Virus record (IMG/VR): IMGVR_UViG_3300030616_000017
Coordinates: 64,001 to 128,000 of that record
Reading direction: 5' to 3' (one strand)
Source: a virus
Length of the DNA: 64,000 nucleotides
How positions within the stretch are numbered: the first letter of the stretch is position 1; every line of letters begins with the position of its first letter. Below the pieces are notes generated by a model. That model was given only the letters and a program-made list of their open reading frames with translations. It was not told the origin of the DNA and ran no database searches. Both the position numbers and the translations under genes were made by a program. This document shows, piece after piece, positions 57,549-64,000 of the stretch.

Positions 57549-57953
57549 ATGGATAATGAAAAACTAAGAGAATACATTGAGTTAAAAAACCAAGAAGCTG
57601 AAATTAAGAAGAAGATTAAAGAGATTGAAAAGACTGAATTGAAAGGAAAGGTCAAAGAAACCCTTTTCTTTGCAGATCTAGGCTACAAGATTACATATGT
57701 AGCTCCTAAAGAGAAAGCAGAAGTAAGGGTGGCGGATTTTTTTAAAGCTCTTAAAGCTGAGGGCAAAGAATATTCCTTTCCCAAATACTGCTCCGTATCT
57801 TTGGCTTCCTTGGACAAGTTTTACCGAGAAGATGATTGCGTAGGATTTCCTTATCGAGAAGCTGATTTTATTGATATAAAAGATAATGCTATTTCAGAAA
57901 GTTTCAGAGTAACTAAAATGGATAAAAATGAATTGAGAGAACATGAGGAGTAA
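57549..57953 (+). CDS. hypothetical protein
   Basis: RBS AAGGAG. Confidence 0.6.
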   Translation: MDNEKLREYIELKNQEAEIKKKIKEIEKTELKGKVKETLFFADLGYKITYVAPKEKAEVRVADFFKALKAEGKEYSFPKYCSVSLASLDKFYREDDCVGFPYREADFIDIKDNAISESFRVTKMDKNELREHEE

Positions 57954-57955
57954 AT

Positions 57956-58948
57956 ATGTTTGTAGGAATAATTGCAATTCTTGCTGCGGTGGCTCTTAGT
58001 TTAGTTTCCGCCGTATTTTCTATATCAGGAGTTATGACCATTTTTTCTGGCGCTGCGGTAGGTGCTGGGATTATGGGCGGTGTACTTGAGTTTGCCAAAA
58101 CTGTTGCAACAGTATGGCTATATAATTTCTGGAAAAAAGCCAACACATTACTTAAAACGTATTTTCTTATCGCTATTACTATTTTGATTCTGATTTCATC
58201 TATTGGTATTTATGGCTATCTCTCTAAAGCATATATCGGGCAGGGAACAGTAGCTCTTCAAATTGAAACAAAGATGGAAAGGCTGAATCAATATATTAGC
58301 AGAGAACAAAGAGACATTGATAGGGCTAATTCTCAGCTGGATATGTTAGAAGAAGCTTTTGATCGATATCTAGAATTGAATATTATTACAAGAGCTCTCG
58401 ATGCAAGAGATCAGCAGGAAGAAGAGCGTAGTAAATTAATTGGTATTATTGAAGAAGCTGAAAATAATATTGCTCAGTATGAAGATGAACTTTTCGAGTA
58501 CAGACAAGAATTGAACACTATTGAAGTAAATGTTGGGCCTGTTAAATATCTTGCTATGTTGATGTATGGAGAGGATAAAGCAAAAGAAAAGTTTGATGAT
58601 ACTGCTCGTATTCTTATTCTTCTTATTGTGGCGGTGTTTGACCCCTTTGCTGTTCTACTGATGGTAGCTGGGAATATTTCTCTTGATAGGAAAATGAGAA
58701 AAAGGAAAAGGAGAAGAAAACCTTCTACTCCTAAACCGCCTGTTACTGAAAAGAAGAAACCAGAGGAAGCCCTCGTAAGTGATACATATGAGTTAAGGGA
58801 GATAGCTAAAGACAGTGTAAAAGAAGAAAGGAAGCCTTCTCACCCAGCCCATGAAAAAACCTTTATCACAAAAAGAGGGCTAGTAGATAATGATACACCT
58901 CCGGAGATTCATAAAAAACGTAAAATTGTAAAACCGGGAAAAAAATAA
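57956..58948 (+). CDS. membrane protein with coiled coil
   Basis: Three N-terminal TM segments, GIYGYLSKA, coiled coil, VFDPFA TM segment. Confidence 0.75.
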   Translation: MFVGIIAILAAVALSLVSAVFSISGVMTIFSGAAVGAGIMGGVLEFAKTVATVWLYNFWKKANTLLKTYFLIAITILILISSIGIYGYLSKAYIGQGTVALQIETKMERLNQYISREQRDIDRANSQLDMLEEAFDRYLELNIITRALDARDQQEEERSKLIGIIEEAENNIAQYEDELFEYRQELNTIEVNVGPVKYLAMLMYGEDKAKEKFDDTARILILLIVAVFDPFAVLLMVAGNISLDRKMRKRKRRRKPSTPKPPVTEKKKPEEALVSDTYELREIAKDSVKEERKPSHPAHEKTFITKRGLVDNDTPPEIHKKRKIVKPGKK

Positions 58949-58991
58949 TATTTTTAGGTTTTTGTTTCGGTGAGTGACTAATATATATAGT

Positions 58992-61043
58992 ATGGAAGAT
59001 AAAAGACTCACCGAAGCAAAAGCTATTATTAAAGATCTGCTCTACGGGGACAACTCTGTAACATACCGAGAAGACTATAACGACTTGACGGGAGAGGAGA
59101 TAAGAAAAGCTCTCTCCCTCATAGTTAACAATCCTAACTTATCAGAAAATACTAAAACACATTTTTTAGAGAATACATGGAGAATTCATTATGAGGTAAA
59201 ACCTCCCACTGTAAATGAATTCTTAACACCTAAATGGATTGGTGCTGTTGCAGATTCCGTTTATCCCCATGTAGCTGATGTGTTCCGTTCTTTTATGGAT
59301 CCGTATTCTAATAAAAGAGTGTTAGCCTTGTCTACATGTATTGGATTTGGAAAGAGTTCCCTTTCCTCTCTTATTGCTCTTTACATTATTGTGCATTTGC
59401 AGTATATGAGAAATCCAAAAGAATTCTTTGGCTTAAATGTAATGGGTTCTCTTGTAATAGCTCTTCTTTCTTTTACCATGAAAAAGGTTGAACAAGTACT
59501 GTTACAACCCTTTGCGAATTTGTTAAGAGCTTCTCCTATGTTTGATAAAGTCAGAAGAGAAGATAGACTAGAGGCAAGACAAACGGAAATAGGTCCCGAG
59601 CATATTGTGTACACGTCTGCTGGTAGAATGGGCTCGTTTCAGTTTTCTAAAGACATTCATATCACCACCGTATCCGACAGAAGTGCACTCTTAGGATTGA
59701 ATATTATTCTTGGAATAGCTTCTGAGATTTCTTTTTGGCTTCAAAAAGGTGTTCCTATTCAAGAAATATGGGGTACATTTAATGACTTGTGGAATAGAGT
59801 TGATTCTCGTTTTGCTATGCGCTATTTAAGTGGGGTGATTTTAGACAGTTCCCCATTAGACCTTTCTCTTTCCCCTATTGATAAATGGATATATTCAGGG
59901 GAGGCAGAAAAAGATCCAAGTGTTATGGTGGTGCAAGCAAAACATTGGGAAGTGTTTCCCGAGAAGTATCCGAAATGGTATAAAGAAGGACAAACCTTTC
60001 CTGTATTTAGAGGAGATGCATCTAAACCTCCTAAAGTACTTCTCACAACCGAACAAATATCCGAATATGCAAAAGAGGATATACTGCATGTACCTATTGA
60101 CGTAAAACAAAAGTTTATCAACGATACTAAAAAAATGGTAGCAGACTTTGCGGGGTGGCCTGCAGGAGGAATTGCAAAACTTATTAGTGACTTTAGATAC
60201 ATTGAAAGCATGTTCACACCTGTTCTCTTAAATCAGTATGGGGCAATCACAGCCCCTGCGGACAAAAGGCCAGAAGGACTTATTTGGAATAAAGTGGTGA
60301 ATGACTTCTTTATCAACGTGAATGGAAGATATGAATTTTACAGAGCACCTAAAGCAAAAAGAACGGTGCACATCGACTTGGCGGAAGCAAAGGATATGGC
60401 GAGCATTAGCATGAACCATTTCGAAATCGATAACGAAGGGGAATTATATATTGTAAACGATTTTACTATTCCTATTTCCCCCGAGAAATCAAGAATCAAT
60501 ATCGATGCAGTAGCTCAGTTTGTTCTAGACCTAAAAAGAAAAGGACATATTTATTTTCATTCTATTACCGCTGACCAGTATCAAAGCTCCGATCTTTTAC
60601 AGAGACTAGCGAGAGAGGGTTTGCCCGTTTCAAAGCTTTCTGTAGATAGAGAGACAGCCCCATACAGAGTGGTAGCTTCTTGGATATTAAATGGAAGAGT
60701 GAAAGTGGGGAAAAACATTTTCTTAAAAAATAATTTTCAATCGCTTATAGAAACTCGGACAGAAAAAGGTAAAGTAAAAATTGATCACACACAAGGCGAC
60801 ACAGTATATGATGACGGAGGAGATTGGGATCAGTCTTTTATGGGTGTTCATGCAAAGGACGTATCAGACTCTTTCACGGGGAGTGCTTACACTCTTATTA
60901 CAGATTTGCTTCACGAAATACCTCAATATCATTGGACTAATGATGATCAATTTGTGAAAGATAGTGAGGGAAATGTTACAAATATTAATAACCAAATCTT
61001 AAAAGAACTTCAAGAAAAGTTTAGCATGACAGTATCCTTCTAA
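58992..61043 (+). CDS. terL: terminase large subunit
   Basis: IGFGKS P-loop; RNase H-like VHIDLA, DQYQS, KDVSDS. Confidence 0.8.
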   Translation: MEDKRLTEAKAIIKDLLYGDNSVTYREDYNDLTGEEIRKALSLIVNNPNLSENTKTHFLENTWRIHYEVKPPTVNEFLTPKWIGAVADSVYPHVADVFRSFMDPYSNKRVLALSTCIGFGKSSLSSLIALYIIVHLQYMRNPKEFFGLNVMGSLVIALLSFTMKKVEQVLLQPFANLLRASPMFDKVRREDRLEARQTEIGPEHIVYTSAGRMGSFQFSKDIHITTVSDRSALLGLNIILGIASEISFWLQKGVPIQEIWGTFNDLWNRVDSRFAMRYLSGVILDSSPLDLSLSPIDKWIYSGEAEKDPSVMVVQAKHWEVFPEKYPKWYKEGQTFPVFRGDASKPPKVLLTTEQISEYAKEDILHVPIDVKQKFINDTKKMVADFAGWPAGGIAKLISDFRYIESMFTPVLLNQYGAITAPADKRPEGLIWNKVVNDFFINVNGRYEFYRAPKAKRTVHIDLAEAKDMASISMNHFEIDNEGELYIVNDFTIPISPEKSRINIDAVAQFVLDLKRKGHIYFHSITADQYQSSDLLQRLAREGLPVSKLSVDRETAPYRVVASWILNGRVKVGKNIFLKNNFQSLIETRTEKGKVKIDHTQGDTVYDDGGDWDQSFMGVHAKDVSDSFTGSAYTLITDLLHEIPQYHWTNDDQFVKDSEGNVTNINNQILKELQEKFSMTVSF

Positions 61044-61115
61044 GTTTTATTCTTCTTTTACTTTACTTTTTTGAGTTTTTTACTTATATTATAAATATGA
61101 AAGGAGCGGCAAGAA

Positions 61116-61322
61116 ATGAGGTACAAGATTGTGGCTATGGAAGATTTTCCCATCTTCCACATCAAGGATTCTCATTTTCCCCAAGGCGAGGAGATTCACC
61201 TTACAAGAAAAGAGTTGGACGAGTATATGCAAGTTACAACAGAATATCTTCACATACAAGATAAGCTGAAGAGACTGTATACGAAAGCCAAGAGAGAAAA
61301 AAGAAAAGAGGAGGTAGTATGA
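61116..61322 (+). CDS. hypothetical protein
   Basis: Promoter plus RBS. Confidence 0.55.
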   Translation: MRYKIVAMEDFPIFHIKDSHFPQGEEIHLTRKELDEYMQVTTEYLHIQDKLKRLYTKAKREKRKEEVV

Positions 61323-61465
61323 GCGACGAAAAAAAGATCAAACTCAACGAACAATTTCTGACCGAAGAAGAATTCCAAAAAAAGAAAGAAGAAATTGAAA
61401 AGCAAAAAGATGCTGAACTCGTTGAAGTTGCTCCCAATGAATACAAACTTAGACTACGAGATTAA
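61319..61465 (+). CDS. 48-aa hypothetical protein (absent from the ORF track)
   Basis: GGAGG RBS; ATGA overlap; MSDEKKIKL..RLRD. Confidence 0.55.
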   Translation: MSDEKKIKLNEQFLTEEEFQKKKEEIEKQKDAELVEVAPNEYKLRLRD

Positions 61466-61477
61466 AGGAGTACTTGT

Positions 61478-61825
61478 GTGAAAGTTACAAACAACGAAAA
61501 AGAGACTCTTGAGAAGGTGCATTTAATAAGCGGTGTACGTAAAGATGACGTACGCCTTGTTTTTGAAGCACTCTTTTCATTAGTAGTGATGAATTATATG
61601 GAAGAGGAAACAACCCTACTACCTTTCTTAGGCGACTTGGTAGTAGAAAAGAAAGGAGATGAATACGAAAATGATAAAAAGAAAGCTCTCTTAGACGCTT
61701 ATCTTGTGCCTGGATACAATCTCATTAGAAACATAGGGCAGGTGGCGGACGGAGAAGAGACTGATGTGGAGGAGTTGTTTCGTAAGAGGTTACGGAACAC
61801 ATTATACGAACAGATAAATTCATAG
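61478..61825 (+). CDS. HU/IHF-like DNA-binding protein
   Basis: SGV.KDDV..VFEAL..LPFLGDL.V pattern. Confidence 0.5.
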   Translation: MKVTNNEKETLEKVHLISGVRKDDVRLVFEALFSLVVMNYMEEETTLLPFLGDLVVEKKGDEYENDKKKALLDAYLVPGYNLIRNIGQVADGEETDVEELFRKRLRNTLYEQINS

Positions 61826-61832
61826 AGGCAGT

Positions 61833-62561
61833 ATGGCAGAAACATTTATTCCATGTGACAAATGTAATAGTGGATACATTTATGACGAAAAGACAGACAG
61901 TGCTGTAAAATGTGAATGTTTGAAAGAATTTCAAAGAAAAAGAAAACTAGAAATTACACTTAATAAAGCTTCAATTCCATATGACTACATTAAAGACTAC
62001 CATATGAGAAAGTACATAGGGAGAAAGTCTATTGATAACCTCCAGAAGTTGAAGCAATATGTTGATAAGTTTGAAGAAAAGTTTTTTGATAAACACATTT
62101 ACTTTTACGGAGCTATGGGTACTCAAAAAACAACAGTAGCGTATTGGGTAGGGAGAGAGTTGATTAAAAAAGGTCTCTCGGTCAAGTATGTGTTAATGGA
62201 CCAACTCATAAAAGATTTACAGAAGCAGGGGTGGGAGGATGAGGTAGATATCTCGCAATACTCCTCTGTAGATTGTCTTATTATAGATAGAGCTTTTATG
62301 GCCGATCAAGTAACGCTGTATAAAAGTGGTTATCAAATTCCTTTCTTAGATAATTTTTTAAGACAGAGAATGGATCAAGAGCAAAAATCTACAATCTTCA
62401 TTTCCAACAATGAGATTGATAACATTGCTTCAAATGGTTTTGGAAAGGATATAGAAGATTTGGTGCGAAGAAAAATAAAGCCTTTTAATTCTCTCTTTTA
62501 TTTTCTAGATCACTACACCCAAAAAGATGATTTTGATACGATTGATTTGTGGGAGGACTAA
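61833..62561 (+). CDS. DnaC/IstB-like helicase loader
   Basis: Zn-binding CDKC..CEC; GAMGTQKT; LIID; TIFISN. Confidence 0.8.
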   Translation: MAETFIPCDKCNSGYIYDEKTDSAVKCECLKEFQRKRKLEITLNKASIPYDYIKDYHMRKYIGRKSIDNLQKLKQYVDKFEEKFFDKHIYFYGAMGTQKTTVAYWVGRELIKKGLSVKYVLMDQLIKDLQKQGWEDEVDISQYSSVDCLIIDRAFMADQVTLYKSGYQIPFLDNFLRQRMDQEQKSTIFISNNEIDNIASNGFGKDIEDLVRRKIKPFNSLFYFLDHYTQKDDFDTIDLWED

Positions 62562-62564
62562 TAA

Positions 62565-63941
62565 ATGAGCATCGAAAATTCAATCATTCTTCAAGAACAA
62601 AATATCTTATCTCTTTGCGTCAAGCATCCCCATCTTATACACGAAGTATCGTCTCAGTACTTTATTTCTAACTCCGCACTTTCCGTATACAATGCAATTG
62701 ATCACTTGCTAAAACAAGAAATTCAAGTTACACCTCGTAATGTGTACACAGAAGTTACAAAGAGTACAAACCTTACGCAAGAACAAGTACAAGCTCTTTT
62801 CGATCTTGATGTATCTAAAGACGATTTAAGAGGAATGTACACAAGTTTGCGCAAACAGTGGGCTAAGGTAGATATTCAAACTAACATTCTTCAGGGCATT
62901 TTAGGAAAAGTCTCCTCTAAAAACGAGCTGGCTGTGGATGAGCTATGGAAGTTGAAAAATCTCTTAGAAAACAGAATCAAAGAGGTAGATGATACTTCTA
63001 AAAAAACGTATACTTTGTCTCAAATGTTTGACACATACATAGAAGAATTGTACGCAAGAGATAAAGGAGACTCGTTTTACGATACAGGGTGTTCCTACCT
63101 TAATCAATATCTATTAGAAGGATTTGCTCCTCAGAAAATTACAACACTTTTTGGACAATCCGGTGTAGGTAAAAGTACTTACGCTCTTTATCTTATTAAC
63201 AAACAGATTAATAAACAGATTCCATCTATTTACTTTTCTCCTGAAATGCCTCTCATTTCTACTATGGATCGGTTGGCAGCAATGAGACTGCGTTTACCTC
63301 TTCAGCTGTTTCATCCTCAAGTGGATGCATCTACAGGAGACAGATCGGGTATTAACGAGTTTGTACTGCACAGAGTAGAACAAGAAGCTCAAAAGATTAA
63401 AGATCTTAATTATTTTCGCTTCGTAGAAGAACCCTCTCTTTATATGTCTGATATAGAAGACATAATAGAAAAAACAAAAAAAGAAATGGGAGTAGATTAC
63501 TTAGTTGTTACTATCGACTTGCTGACAATGGTAAAGGATTTTAATTTAGGAAGTAAAAATACAGCCACACTATATGAAAATGCAATGAATGCTCTTCATG
63601 AGATGGCTCGCCGCCAAAATGTTCACGTGGTAGGGGTTGTGCAGAGTAGAAGACCTCAAGGCAAAGTACATGTTACAACAGTAGAGGATATAGAGAGATT
63701 GCGACCAGGAATAGAAGAGATTAAGAATTCATCGGGTATGGAAGAAAGGAGTCGAATTGTAATATCGACTTTTAGAAAGAAGTTTTTTGCGAAGAAATAC
63801 CTTCCTGAAGATCCTGAAGTAGAGTTATTAGATGACATATTAGATGTGCAGATTTTGAAACAGAATATGAGTGATGTTGCAATGCTTCATTATTTATATT
63901 CAGGGGAGTCTGCTCACATCTGTAAGTTCCAAGAAGAATAA
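62565..63941 (+). CDS. dnaB: DnaB-like replicative helicase
   Basis: GQSGVGKS, SPEM, ID.L, Q.RR, S.GMEE, KQN. Confidence 0.88.
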   Translation: MSIENSIILQEQNILSLCVKHPHLIHEVSSQYFISNSALSVYNAIDHLLKQEIQVTPRNVYTEVTKSTNLTQEQVQALFDLDVSKDDLRGMYTSLRKQWAKVDIQTNILQGILGKVSSKNELAVDELWKLKNLLENRIKEVDDTSKKTYTLSQMFDTYIEELYARDKGDSFYDTGCSYLNQYLLEGFAPQKITTLFGQSGVGKSTYALYLINKQINKQIPSIYFSPEMPLISTMDRLAAMRLRLPLQLFHPQVDASTGDRSGINEFVLHRVEQEAQKIKDLNYFRFVEEPSLYMSDIEDIIEKTKKEMGVDYLVVTIDLLTMVKDFNLGSKNTATLYENAMNALHEMARRQNVHVVGVVQSRRPQGKVHVTTVEDIERLRPGIEEIKNSSGMEERSRIVISTFRKKFFAKKYLPEDPEVELLDDILDVQILKQNMSDVAMLHYLYSGESAHICKFQEE

Positions 63942-63966
63942 GCTGAGAAATCAGCTTATTTTTTTT
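63937..63966 (+). terminator. intrinsic terminator
   Basis: AATAAGCTGA-GAAA-TCAGCTTATT plus T run. Confidence 0.88.
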
Positions 63967-64000
63967 CTATAAAAAAGTTCAAAAAAATTCAAAAAACTCT

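Noticed and set aside
1-64000. Weak inverted similarity between the two window ends (A-tract/TTCAAAAA)
   Set aside because: Low-complexity and short; cannot support terminal repeats, and may just be A-tracts of flanking promoters.

Overview
Gene-dense, AT-rich 64-kb segment of a large dsDNA tailed phage in the standard genetic code. The host is plausibly a spirochaete (inference only). Positions 1-16 kb (minus strand) hold a family A DNA polymerase, a 7-deazaguanine (preQ0) cluster (queC, kinase, TGT/DpdA-like gene, yhhQ, folE, queE, queD), repair glycosylases, an SNF2 helicase, a 5'-3' exonuclease and a likely clamp. Positions 16-64 kb (plus strand) hold an AEP-like replication protein, likely SSB, resolvase, a sigma-like factor, RecA, NrdJ, an NCS2 permease, 19 tRNA genes (none encoding CCA), an SbcC-like ATPase, RNA-repair enzymes (Rnl1, Pnkp, a DRB0094-type ligase, phosphoesterases), terminase, and DnaC/DnaB-like genes. 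The most unusual content is non-coding: (i) three tandem covarying bulged-stem RNAs directly upstream of a TerD-domain protein and an RNA ligase, a candidate Y-RNA/Ro-like RNA-repair RNP; (ii) a 105-nt tmRNA reduced to its tRNA-like domain; (iii) a 145-nt structured RNA with a tRNA-Lys anticodon-loop mimic; (iv) a D-armless tRNA-Tyr with a possible pseudoknot; (v) a ~300-nt RNA enclosing a tRNA-like fold. All protein calls come from motif recognition by eye and all RNA structures were paired by hand; no searches or folding programs were run.
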